Below, one piece after another: positions 9,826 to 19,300 of a stretch of DNA of 56,673 nt. The stretch is taken from assembly GCA_937915825.1 (NCBI GenBank), contig CALGGT010000043.1, positions 1 through 56,673 of the forward strand, written 5' to 3'. The stretch's first letter is position 1. Each line of letters begins with the position of its first letter. This DNA comes from an uncultured Eubacterium sp. (lineage in GTDB: Bacteria > Bacillota > Clostridia > Lachnospirales > Lachnospiraceae). Under the pieces are notes generated by a model, which was not told where the DNA came from, did not search any database, and saw only the letters and a program-made list of their open reading frames with translations. Both the position numbers and the translations under genes were made by a program.

Positions 9826-10347
9826 TTAAACCAACTCAAACTCTGAGAATTTAAATTCCACATTTGTATTGCTTCCAAACAAGTCAATCTTGATCATGGC
9901 AATCTTCTTCGCCGGGTTCACCTCAGCGATCACACCATGAGAACCTTTCATGTATCCTTCTGTAATGGTTACATGGTCGCCGATACTGAACGGCACCTGA
10001 TCTGCCACTGCCAACGATTCCAGGCCGGCGAACTCTTCCTCCGTCAAGGGAACCGGTTTGGATCCAGGTCCTACAAAGCCGGTTACGCCACGGGTATTTC
10101 TCACCACATACCAAGTCTCATCGTTCATGATCATATGAACCAAAACATAGGCGGGGAACAACTTTTTCTGAACCGGTTGTTTCTTTCCGTCCTTGTCTTC
10201 CTTCATAACTTCTTGCGTGGGAATGCGGACTTCCAAGATCTCATCTTGCAGATTTCTGTGCTCGATCGTTTTCTCTAAGCCGTCCTTTACCTTGTTTTCA
10301 TAACCGGAATAGGTATGTACTACATACCATCTTGCCTGATCTGCCAT
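9826..10347 (-). CDS. nusG: Transcription factor NusG
   Basis: WYVVHTYSGYENKVK, VRNTRGVTGFVG, C-terminal KOW. Confidence 0.96.
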   Translation of the reverse strand: MADQARWYVVHTYSGYENKVKDGLEKTIEHRNLQDEILEVRIPTQEVMKEDKDGKKQPVQKKLFPAYVLVHMIMNDETWYVVRNTRGVTGFVGPGSKPVPLTEEEFAGLESLAVADQVPFSIGDHVTITEGYMKGSHGVIAEVNPAKKIAMIKIDLFGSNTNVEFKFSEFELV

Positions 10348-10362
10348 GTGTCATCCTCCTAA

Positions 10363-10563
10363 TTAAAGACCGATTGCACCTAAGCCCAGACGAATGAGCC
10401 AGTCAACCGCTGCAATAATTACACCAAGTACTAAAGAAACTACAATCACCAAAGTGGACTGATGGATCAATTCCTCTCTCTTCGGCCATGTACATCTCTT
10501 GAACTCAGCAGCCACTCGTTTGAAAAAAGCACCTTTTTTTGAAGTGTTCTCTGCTTCACTCAT
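10363..10563 (-). CDS. secE: Preprotein translocase subunit SecE
   Basis: EFKRCTWP motif plus one TM helix, between rpmG and nusG. Confidence 0.92.
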   Translation of the reverse strand: MSEAENTSKKGAFFKRVAAEFKRCTWPKREELIHQSTLVIVVSLVLGVIIAAVDWLIRLGLGAIGL

Positions 10564-10595
10564 GTAACAAACATCCTTTCTGTCAGGCCCCTACA

Positions 10596-10745
10596 TTACT
10601 TTGTTTCTTTATGTAATGTATGAGACTTGCAAAACTTGCAATACTTCTTGGTTTCCATTCTGTCGGGATGGTTTCTCTTCTCTTTCATTGTGGTGTAATT
10701 TCTTTGTTTACAAACGGTACACTCCAATGTAATTTTGGTACGCAT
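10596..10745 (-). CDS. rpmG: 50S ribosomal protein L33, zinc-ribbon type (missing from the ORF track)
   Basis: Hand translation [49 protein letters not shown], with a GGAGGTG RBS. Confidence 0.96.
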   Translation of the reverse strand: MRTKITLECTVCKQRNYTTMKEKRNHPDRMETKKYCKFCKSHTLHKETK

Positions 10746-10825
10746 CATCTCACCTCCGCATCTGTTTTCTTGCATCTTTTCTTAAATTTAAGCATAAAAA
10801 AAAGACCTAATTCATCGCAACCACT

Positions 10826-10854
10826 AGAATATCACAGATTGCAACACCTGTCAA
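10826..10854 (-). promoter_or_regulatory. Sigma-A promoter of the rpmG-secE-nusG operon
   Basis: TTGACA-17 bp-TATTCT with an extended TG. Confidence 0.7.
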
Positions 10855-10874
10855 GGGATATTTTGCACTTTCTT

Positions 10875-11104
10875 GTTACGATTCACAGCCAGCATGGTAT
10901 AGACGCACAGATTGACAGCTTGCTGGCATATCTGGGCGGGTTATGCCATGCTGACTGGAATCTGTCACTTTTCACACATGACTGTGACTGCCGCAATCGC
11001 GGCGGTAGAGTCTTGCGCTTGATGCGTCGTGTCAGCTGGCTGTTCACGACCAAGAGCGCATAGCGTGTCACAGGAATGTGGGGAAAGTGGCTGTGAATCG
11101 TCAT
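10875..11104. repeat. Full-length copy 1 of the dispersed structured element (MITE/REP-like or ncRNA)
   Basis: Terminal inverted repeats GTTACGATTCACAGCC...GGCTGTGAATCGTCAT. Internal 11024-11065 is the exact reverse complement of 25843-25884. Confidence 0.85.
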
Positions 11105-11106
11105 TT

Positions 11107-12012
11107 TTATTCTTCTAATTGAAGCCCCTGCAGCAAACTTCCCAGTGACGTGGTAGCTTCCCCTTCATCGGAATATTCGATTTCCGGTTCTTCTTCGTTC
11201 CGTTCCACTTTGGTTTCATCTTCCAGCGCTTTCATACTTAAACGGATCTTGCCATCCTCCACATCTAAAACCTTTACATTTACCTTCATTCCCAGCTTTA
11301 CCACTTCATTGGGAGAATGCAAGAACTTATTGGTGATCTGGGAAATATGTACCAGACCGGTTAGGTCCGGACCAATCTCCACAAAGCAGCCGTAGGGCTC
11401 GATCCGTACCACTTCTCCTTCCGTTACAAAGCCTTTTTGCAGTGCCTGTAATTGTTTCTCATGCGCCTTAGCAGCCTGTTGTTTCTTCACTTCCTTCGCG
11501 GACAACACCAGACGATTTTGCTCTTCTTCCACGGTAATAACCTGAACGGATACTTTTTCCCCCACATAGGTTCCGGGGTCTTCTACATAGTGAAGATCCA
11601 GCTGAGAGGCGGGAATAAATCCACGAATCCCCTCTACATAGGTGATCACGCCGGAAGGAACCTCTTCTTTTACCGTTACTTCATAGATCTTTTGGGTCTC
11701 TCGCGCATCTCTCAACGCCTCCCAGGCCGTTTCGGTTGCCGCCTGCCTCAGGGAAGTAACAATTCTTCCTTCTTCATCCTCGTACAGGATCGTTACTTTC
11801 ACAAGATCTCCTACTTTCAACTCATCCATGGCATGAAAATCCGGATCGTTGGAATATTCTTCCTTCGGGATCACCCCGGTCTCATAGGAATGGAGGTCTA
11901 ACGTTACTTCCTCTTCTTCCACCTTAACGATCTCAGCCTGGATCACGTCCCCTTCTTTCCATTTATGAAAGGACGCGTTGATCTCTTCCTCAAAATCTTC
12001 CATTCGTTCCAT
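11107..12012 (-). CDS. S1 RNA-binding domain protein (three S1 domains, RpsA-like)
   Basis: GIRGFIPASQL, YGCFVEIG..LTGLVHISQI, KIRLSMK. Confidence 0.88.
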   Translation of the reverse strand: MERMEDFEEEINASFHKWKEGDVIQAEIVKVEEEEVTLDLHSYETGVIPKEEYSNDPDFHAMDELKVGDLVKVTILYEDEEGRIVTSLRQAATETAWEALRDARETQKIYEVTVKEEVPSGVITYVEGIRGFIPASQLDLHYVEDPGTYVGEKVSVQVITVEEEQNRLVLSAKEVKKQQAAKAHEKQLQALQKGFVTEGEVVRIEPYGCFVEIGPDLTGLVHISQITNKFLHSPNEVVKLGMKVNVKVLDVEDGKIRLSMKALEDETKVERNEEEPEIEYSDEGEATTSLGSLLQGLQLEE

Positions 12013-12878
12013 TATCGTTCCTCCTTCATATCCTTTAACTGATCCGCCAGTTTCCCAAACTCCGCAAGTCCTAATTTCTCTCCCCGGATCCGCTCATCCA
12101 GATGAATGGCCCGCAGTGCCCGGATCACTTCCTCTTTGGTATAATCCAACTCCCCGCTGCCAGAAATCCCGTTCACCAACGTTTTTCTCCGTTGGGCAAA
12201 CGAGGCCTTGATCAAGGAAAATAACAGCTTCTCATCCTTCACGACCACAGGCGGGGTTTCTCGTTTCACCAGCTTCATAACCACGCTGTCCACCTTCGGC
12301 TGCGGAATAAAGGAAGACGGAGGTACCAAGGTTTCAATGGTAGGTCGGGCGTAATACTGCACCGCCAATGAGATCGCACCACATTCCTTTGTTCCCGGCT
12401 CTGCCACCATGCGTTCCGCCACTTCTTTTTGCATCATCACCACCATTTCCTGAACGGGGTCCAAATCCTCCAGCAACTTCATAACAATGGGAGTTGTTAC
12501 ATAGTAAGGGAGATTTGCCACCACCTTCATCGGGTGATGATCCATAGATTCGGCCGAAATCTTTCGCAGATCCTGCTTTAAAATATCGCCCTCCAGCACC
12601 TGGAAATTCGGCCGATCCTGCAAATTTTCCTTCAGCACCGGAATCAGATCTTTATCAATCTCCACCGCCACCACCTTTTTGGCGATCTTGCAAAGTTTCT
12701 TCGTCATATTTCCCAGTCCGGGACCGATTTCTAATACATAATCCTCCCCGGTCACATCCGCCACATCTAAAATCTCATCCAGGATCCCCTCATGGATCAG
12801 AAAATTCTGGCCATACTTCTTTTTCGGCCGGATCCCGTGTTTTCTCATAACACGCCTGGTTTCATCCGCTTGACCCAT
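12012..12878 (-). CDS. rsmA: 16S rRNA dimethyladenosine transferase KsgA/RsmA
   Basis: KKYGQNFL, LEIGPGLG, VANLPYY, QRRKTL. Start at MGQADE after AAGGAGG. Confidence 0.95.
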   Translation of the reverse strand: MGQADETRRVMRKHGIRPKKKYGQNFLIHEGILDEILDVADVTGEDYVLEIGPGLGNMTKKLCKIAKKVVAVEIDKDLIPVLKENLQDRPNFQVLEGDILKQDLRKISAESMDHHPMKVVANLPYYVTTPIVMKLLEDLDPVQEMVVMMQKEVAERMVAEPGTKECGAISLAVQYYARPTIETLVPPSSFIPQPKVDSVVMKLVKRETPPVVVKDEKLLFSLIKASFAQRRKTLVNGISGSGELDYTKEEVIRALRAIHLDERIRGEKLGLAEFGKLADQLKDMKEER

Positions 12879-12888
12879 AATCCCCTCC

Positions 12889-13677
12889 TTACGGTTCGAT
12901 TTGATACATACGACAAGCATTGAGGTAGGTTTGCTCTGCCACTTCTTCCACAGAGATCTCCTTTAACGCAGCGATCCTTTGGATCACATAGGGAAGATAC
13001 CCCGAATCATTTCTCTTGCCACGAAAAGGAACTGGCGTTAAATACGGGCAATCCGTCTCCAGGATCAAATGTTCCAGGGGAATCTCTTCCACGACTTGTA
13101 CCAGCTTCCTGGCATTTTTAAAAGTAAGAACGCCGCCGATCCCCAGGTAAAAGCCTTTGGATACGTATTCCTTCGCCATTTCCACCGAATACGGATAACA
13201 ATGGATCACACCCCCGGCTTCCCATCCTTTTTCTTCCCATAGGATCCTCTTCGTATCCTCCGCTGCCTCTCTGGTATGGACCACGATGGGGAGATTTACC
13301 TTCTTAGCCAATTGGATCTGGGCGCGAAAGGCCTCTGCCTGTTCCTCTTTGGGAGAGGTCATCCAATGGTAATCCAGACCGATTTCTCCCACCGCCACCA
13401 CCAAAGGATCCTCGCTTTCTTTCTCTAAAAAAGAAAGGCTTTCCTCTTTCCACCCTTCCAGATTTTCCGGGTGATAGCCAATGGCCGCATACACCTCCGG
13501 GCAATCTCCGCCCCGGTAAGTTCTTGCCAACTCCATGGCATTCTCACTGGTTTCACGATCCACCCCTATGGTTACAAGGCGGGAAATTCCTTTGTCTTTC
13601 AGTCCTTTGATCAATTCATCCCGATCCTGATCAAAGGCTTCATCGTCATAATGCGAATGGGTATCAAATATACGCAT
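12889..13677 (-). CDS. tatD: TatD family hydrolase
   Basis: DTHSH, GEIGLDY, VVHTR, LETDCPYL, in the metG-tatD-ksgA context. Confidence 0.92.
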   Translation of the reverse strand: MRIFDTHSHYDDEAFDQDRDELIKGLKDKGISRLVTIGVDRETSENAMELARTYRGGDCPEVYAAIGYHPENLEGWKEESLSFLEKESEDPLVVAVGEIGLDYHWMTSPKEEQAEAFRAQIQLAKKVNLPIVVHTREAAEDTKRILWEEKGWEAGGVIHCYPYSVEMAKEYVSKGFYLGIGGVLTFKNARKLVQVVEEIPLEHLILETDCPYLTPVPFRGKRNDSGYLPYVIQRIAALKEISVEEVAEQTYLNACRMYQIEP

Positions 13678-13748
13678 ACGTTCCTCCTTATGATTTCGTA
13701 GGGTTCGCCACAACCATGACGAACCCTACGGAACCATTCTTATCTATC

Positions 13749-15707
13749 TTAGCAGATCTCCGCACCGGCCGGCATCGGTTGATCCGGGGTCATCAGGGCC
13801 AGATTCCCGTCCTGATCCTCTGCGCAAAGCAGCATTCCTTCCGATAACACACCTGCTAATTTCGCCGGTTTCAGATTCACCAAAACCATCACTTCTTTTC
13901 CTACCATATCTTCCGGGGAATAGAACTTCTTGATCCCGGAAACGATCTGTTTGATCTCACTGCCGATCTGAACCTTGGAACATAACAACTTCTTGGATTT
14001 CGGCACTTCTTCACACGCAAGGATCTTTCCAACCTGGAATTGCATTTTTCCAAAGTCCTCGAAGGTAATCTCCGGTTTCGGTTCCAGATCGATTCCTTCT
14101 TCCAGCCCCTGTTCCTTTCTGGCTTCTTCTTCCGCCTTTGCCTCTTCGGCCTGGATTTCATCCATAACTTCCTTCTCATCCAGACGGGCAAACAAAATCT
14201 CGGGTTTTTCCACAACCCGGGTTCCGGAAACATAATCCTCAAAACGAAGAGAATCGAAATCCGATGTTTCCCCATGGATCTGTTCCAGGATCTTCTCCGA
14301 TGTCTCCGGCATAAAGGACTCCAGCAAAATAGCACCCAGGCGGATTCCCGCAGTCAGGTTATACAACACCGTCGCCAAACGATCTTTCTTTTCTTCATCC
14401 TTGGCCAATACCCAGGGCTCTGTCTCATCAATGTATTTATTACAGCGCTTAAAGACGGTAAAGATCTCTGTGATGGCGTCTGCAACCCGAAGGGCGTCCA
14501 TTTTATCTGCCACCTTCTGAGGCGCCGCGGTGAGTACCCCTTTGAAATCGTCATCCACCTCTTCTTTTACGCCTTTGTCGCAAACCACTCCATCAAAGTA
14601 TTTTTGACTCATGGAAATCGTACGGTTTACGAGATTCCCCAGAACGTTGGCCAGATCCGAGTTATTTCGCTCGATCACCAATTCCCAGGTGATATTTCCA
14701 TCGTTTTCAAAAGGCATCTCATGCAATACAAAATAACGAACCGCATCCACACCAAATCGTTTCACCAGATCATCGGCGTAAATAACATTTCCTTTGGATT
14801 TACTCATCTTATCATTGTTCATTAACAGCCAGGGATGCCCAAACACCTGCTTCGGCAACGGCACATCTAGCGCCATTAAGATAATCGGCCAATAAATCGT
14901 ATGGAAACGGATAATATCTTTTCCGATCAGGTGAACGTCCGCCGGCCAGTATTTTTCATACAGATCTTTGTGATCTCCGTCTGCGTCATACCCAAGACCG
15001 GTAATATAGTTGCTTAACGCGTCAATCCAAACATATACAATATGGCCGGGATCAAATTCCACCGGGATCCCCCATGTAAAGCTGGTTCGGGACACACACA
15101 GGTCCTGAAGGCCGGGTTTTAAGAAGTTATTCACCATCTCATTCTTACGTGACTCCGGCTGAATGAACTCCGGATGCTCCTCAATATGCTTCATTAAGCG
15201 ATCCTGATATTTGCTTAGCTTTAAGAAATAGGCTTCTTCCTTGGCCGGCTGAACTTCTCTTCCGCAATCCGGACATTTCCCATCCACCAGCTGGGAGGTC
15301 GTAAAAAATGATTCGCAAGGCGTACAATACATGCCTTCATAAAACCCTTTATAAATATCTCCCTGCTCATAAAGCTTGGTAAATATCTTTTTCACTTGTT
15401 CTTCGTGATCCGGATCCGTAGTACGGATAAAACGATCGTAGGTGGTATTCATCATATCCCAGATCCCCTTCAACTCCGAAGATACCCGATCCACAAACTC
15501 TTTCGGTGTAATTCCACTTTCTTCTGCCTTTAATTGAATTTTTTGTCCATGCTCGTCGGTTCCGGTTTGAAAGCGAACATCATAACCTTGGAACCGTTTG
15601 AAACGGACAATGGCGTCTGCCAACACGATCTCGTAAGTATTTCCGATGTGGGGTTTCCCGGATGTATAGGCAATGGCCGTTGTAAGATAATAGGGTTTTT
15701 TTGCCAT
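13749..15707 (-). CDS. metG: Methionyl-tRNA synthetase with C-terminal tRNA-binding domain
   Basis: HIGN, GTDEHGQK, Zn knuckle, KMSKS. Start at MAKKPY after GGAGG. Confidence 0.97.
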   Translation of the reverse strand: MAKKPYYLTTAIAYTSGKPHIGNTYEIVLADAIVRFKRFQGYDVRFQTGTDEHGQKIQLKAEESGITPKEFVDRVSSELKGIWDMMNTTYDRFIRTTDPDHEEQVKKIFTKLYEQGDIYKGFYEGMYCTPCESFFTTSQLVDGKCPDCGREVQPAKEEAYFLKLSKYQDRLMKHIEEHPEFIQPESRKNEMVNNFLKPGLQDLCVSRTSFTWGIPVEFDPGHIVYVWIDALSNYITGLGYDADGDHKDLYEKYWPADVHLIGKDIIRFHTIYWPIILMALDVPLPKQVFGHPWLLMNNDKMSKSKGNVIYADDLVKRFGVDAVRYFVLHEMPFENDGNITWELVIERNNSDLANVLGNLVNRTISMSQKYFDGVVCDKGVKEEVDDDFKGVLTAAPQKVADKMDALRVADAITEIFTVFKRCNKYIDETEPWVLAKDEEKKDRLATVLYNLTAGIRLGAILLESFMPETSEKILEQIHGETSDFDSLRFEDYVSGTRVVEKPEILFARLDEKEVMDEIQAEEAKAEEEARKEQGLEEGIDLEPKPEITFEDFGKMQFQVGKILACEEVPKSKKLLCSKVQIGSEIKQIVSGIKKFYSPEDMVGKEVMVLVNLKPAKLAGVLSEGMLLCAEDQDGNLALMTPDQPMPAGAEIC

Positions 15708-15749
15708 GTTTGTTTCCTCCAATCAATTTACACATTTCGTACGCAATCT

Positions 15750-15778
15750 AGTATAAAAAAAATATTAGGAATTGTCAA
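15750..15778 (-). promoter_or_regulatory. Sigma-A promoter of metG
   Basis: TTGACA-17 bp-TATACT. Confidence 0.8.
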
Positions 15779-15783
15779 GTCGC

Positions 15784-15799
15784 GGCTGTGAATCGTAAC
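15784..15799. repeat. Isolated end motif of the dispersed structured element
   Basis: GGCTGTGAATCGTAAC, identical to 6245-6260. Confidence 0.8.
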
Positions 15800-15843
15800 C
15801 TTTCTTCCAGAGTCTGTCCTCCCAAAAAAGATCCAAGACATTC

Positions 15844-15878
15844 AAAAAAGGAGCCACAGCAAAATCCGTGGCTCCTCT
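15844..15878 (-). terminator. Intrinsic terminator closing the riboswitch transcription unit
   Basis: AGGAGCCACGG-ATTTT-GCTGTGGCTCC-TTTTTT on the minus strand. Confidence 0.8.
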
Positions 15879-15955
15879 AGTGAAAAAAAGAGGCGTTATT
15901 CAATCGTCTTCGTCATCATCCATATTCATATCATCCACCCGGTAGTCTATCCTAT

Positions 15956-15984
15956 AAAAAAACACCACCCGGACTGTGTGATGC
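15956..15984 (-). terminator. Riboswitch expression-platform terminator
   Basis: GCATCAC...GTGGTG stem followed by a T7 run, directly 3' of the aptamer. Confidence 0.65.
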
Positions 15985-15992
15985 TTCATCTT

Positions 15993-16066
15993 AGTGCAAC
16001 TGGCTGACATCTTACAGTCCCTATAGCTTTGCGTCACAAGCTTTCACTTGCTTTGCCTCTTATCTT
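15993..16066 (-). promoter_or_regulatory. c-di-GMP-I (GEMM) riboswitch aptamer
   Basis: Minus strand GGCAAAGCAAGT-GAAA-GCTTGTGACGCAAAGCTATAGGGACTGTAAGATGTCAGCCAGTTGC matches the GEMM consensus. Confidence 0.93.
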
Positions 16067-16105
16067 AAATTGTTCGTTTCTATGTTGTTTTCTTTTGATG
16101 GTTTT

Positions 16106-16134
16106 ATGATATCATAAATCCGGAAAAAAGTCAA
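16106..16134 (-). promoter_or_regulatory. Sigma-A promoter upstream of the riboswitch
   Basis: TTGACT-17 bp-TATCAT with an extended TG. Confidence 0.72.
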
Positions 16135-16161
16135 GAAAATCCTGACACTTTCCTAAAAATC

Positions 16162-16242
16162 GCACGATTTACAGCCCCCTACCCCAATTCTTGGGGCTCG
16201 CTATGGGCTCTTGGTCGTGAACAGCCAGCTGACACGACGCAT
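16162..16242. repeat. Truncated copy of the dispersed structured element
   Basis: ACGATTTACAGCC end motif plus a 48-bp module (16193-16240) differing by one base from 25837-25884. Confidence 0.85.
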
Positions 16243-16243
16243 G

Positions 16244-16277
16244 AAAAAGGGATCCTCCCGAAAAGGAGAATCCCTTT
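16244..16277 (-). terminator. Terminator of the multi-Ig surface protein gene
   Basis: AAAGGGATTCTCC-TTTTCG-GGAGGATCCC-TTTTT on the minus strand. Confidence 0.75.
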
Positions 16278-16303
16278 GATCTGCATTCTTACCCGAATGT
16301 TTC

Positions 16304-19300
16304 TTATTTGATCTTTGTCTTCTTCGGCAATTTGCTCTTCTTCAGCATCTTTTTGTATGCTTTCTTCTTGGAACCGGGAACTTTGATCTTTAATTTCTTC
16401 GCCGCTCCGGCAAATGCCTTCTTTCCAACGGAAACCAAAACTTTGGATCGAATCGTGATCTTCTTTAATTTCTTACATTTCACAAATGCCTTTTTCTTAA
16501 TGCTTTTCACTTTGGAACCGATCACAACACTCTTTAGTTTCTTTTGGTTCTTAAATGCCTTTTTCTCAATGGAAACCACATTGTAATTCTTTTGGTTGTA
16601 TTGAATGGAGGCCGGAACACTGAACTTCTTCAACTTTCCTTTTACGCCGATCAATCCAACGGTTCCTTCACCGATCACTTTGTATTTTCCATCGCCAACC
16701 CACATGGTAGTTTCTACCGCTTCCACCGATGCATCATAGGTTGCAGGACTTGTTGTTCCAGACGGTGCAGCCGGGGTGACAGACGCATTTGCACTTGCAG
16801 AAGGAACTGCACTTTCCCCAGGTGTCTCACTTCCTACAGGCGTCGGACTTGTAACAGGCGTTACACTTTCCCCGGGTGCTGCACTTTCCCCAGGTGTCTC
16901 ACTTTCTGTAGGTGCCGCGCTTTCCACTGTTCCCGAGGTTTCTTCGTTGGCATCGGTGGGCACAGGCGTTTCAACCGCAGGCACCCCCGAAGGAATTGCG
17001 GTGGGTACCACGTCAGGTACTGCCGTAGGTTCCTCACTGGACTCAACACCTGCCTCTTTTTCTTTGATCTCGCTTACACGATAGCCGGCATGGAGTTCAT
17101 TCATCATATAATAATATAAATAAGCGTAACTCCCGATGTTCGTGGGAATTAAACTGGAACTCTGTTCCGAGTAATTTTCACGGGTCATTCCCGCAAATCG
17201 TACCGCAAATGTTGCGGAATCTCCATCTAATTCAATGGTCTTACCGGCAACATCCTCACCATTCTCACCAAAGGAACAAACCACTTCTCCCTTCGAATTC
17301 AAAACATCCAGAGAAAGTTGTACATTCAACTCTTTTAATACCTCATTTTTAATAAGGATGGATACATCCTTATCAAAGGTAATCTGCAACGACTCTGCCC
17401 CCGCAACCTGATAAGTTTCAAACAGCGTTCCGATTACTTTTTCTATGTCCGCATCCCCTTCAACATCCTCGTATTGAAACAATAAGTCCGAAACATCGAA
17501 TGCCGGCAGATCTTCTTGGAGGCATGCATCCGAATCCAGGATTGCAAGCATGATCTTCGCAGAAGCACTGTTGTTTCTGGTATCTTGACACGTAACTTTC
17601 ACCATGGCAATTTGTACGCCGGGAGCCACCTGGATAAAATCTTTCTCATCTACCTGATATTCACAGGATAACGATTGAGAATCCAATATTCTTCGAGTTT
17701 TCGAGGTTTGAATGTTCCAAGTTACATCCGGGGTATCCGGAAACGCACAGGTTGCTTCAAGTTTCACGGTATCTCCCGGTTTTACGTATTGAGTTCCCGG
17801 CTCATCGCCCTGAATGGTTACCGATTGATTCCGAGACATGGCCAATACCTCTGCCTCATAAATCGCGGTGGATAAATCCGTTCGAACAACACAGACGTAA
17901 CGAACACCGGGTGCAAGATCGTCTTCATTCGGTAATACCGTTAAAACAGGTTTTGTTGCTCCGGTTATATTCGAAATCGTACCATCATCCTCCACTTTCT
18001 TCCATTGATACGTCGGCTCATTGCCAATGGAAGAAACAGCTGTCGCATCCATGGTCACTTTGCTTCCAAAGACAACCGCGAAGCTTTCTCTTCGAACGCG
18101 GTAAGCTTTCTCATCCTCTACATATTCGTCTGCCGGCGTTCCGGAAACAAAATCCCTGATTTTAGGATTCGAGGTGCTATATTTGGTAAGCTTACTGTAA
18201 AGATTATTCGGAACAAGACATCCTTCTTCTTCTGCCGAACTCATGACATAACCATCCAGCGTCGTCACATGATCCCGTTCCTCTTGATCCGCAAATGTTA
18301 AATAGTCATCGGGTCGCAAACATACATAATACTCAGCCGAATAGGATTCATTATGCTTGGTTATTATATAAACCCCATAATCCTCTTTCGTCACATTGGA
18401 GAACAAAATATTCGCCGACTTCGTATCCAGCATTGTTACATATCGATAGGAATCACGATCATACTTCTGAACCCTGTAATACACGTCAGAACCGGTGATC
18501 GCCTTCGCATCCGGAACAATATCGTTTACATTGATCTGAAGGCTCTCGCCAATTCCCACTGCAAACGGTTTATATCCTACATAGGAAACGATCGGGGACT
18601 TCTCATATATGGTATAATAACCACTGTTCACAGACTGATTTCCATTGCTGACAGCACAATAGTAGCCACAATGAAATGTATCTTCCGTCACCTCATCAAT
18701 GGTATAAACCGAACTGGTCGCTCCCTGGATCTCCACGATGGAATAATCCTCAAACACCTGATACCATTGATAATGAAGCTCTCCATTTACACAGTTGGCT
18801 GCCACGGACAAACTGACACTGTCTCCCAAAGACGCCTGCTTTGCAGTATGTCCGGTGTCCAATATATCAATCCCATAATCATCGCTAACTACAAACCCGG
18901 TAGATGCGGTGATCATTTGTTCGTTACCATTGCTATCTGTATAGGTAACATTTACAACCATCTGACCGCTTTGATCCGGATTCAGATCTTTTAAAACCAG
19001 TTCCTTTCCGGTTTCCTCCAATAAGGTTGGAATCGGATTCCCATTGTTATCATACATACCGTTGTTCGGATATAACAACCATTGATATTGAGGATTTGTC
19101 CCATTTCGAAATTCTACGGTAAAATGCGCTTCCTCCCCTTCCATAAACGCGTCTACTTCCTCGCCTGCTTCATTCACCACATACAGAGCGGCATTGGGAC
19201 TTCCGGTCACACTCCCAAATATGCTGATCGAATAGGTAAATACCTGATGGTCCACTTCCTCATCCTTTTTCTTGATCGTAACCTCACATAGATATTTCCC

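Noticed and set aside
10620..11104. ORF-track ORFs 10620-11063 (+) and 10883-11104 (-)
   Set aside because: They are antisense to rpmG or lie within the repeat element, with no RBS or recognisable protein.
15707..16070. T-box or SAM riboswitch controlling metG
   Set aside because: No T-box or S-box consensus seen. metG has its own promoter about 40 bp from the start, and the upstream RNA is a GEMM aptamer separated by a terminator.
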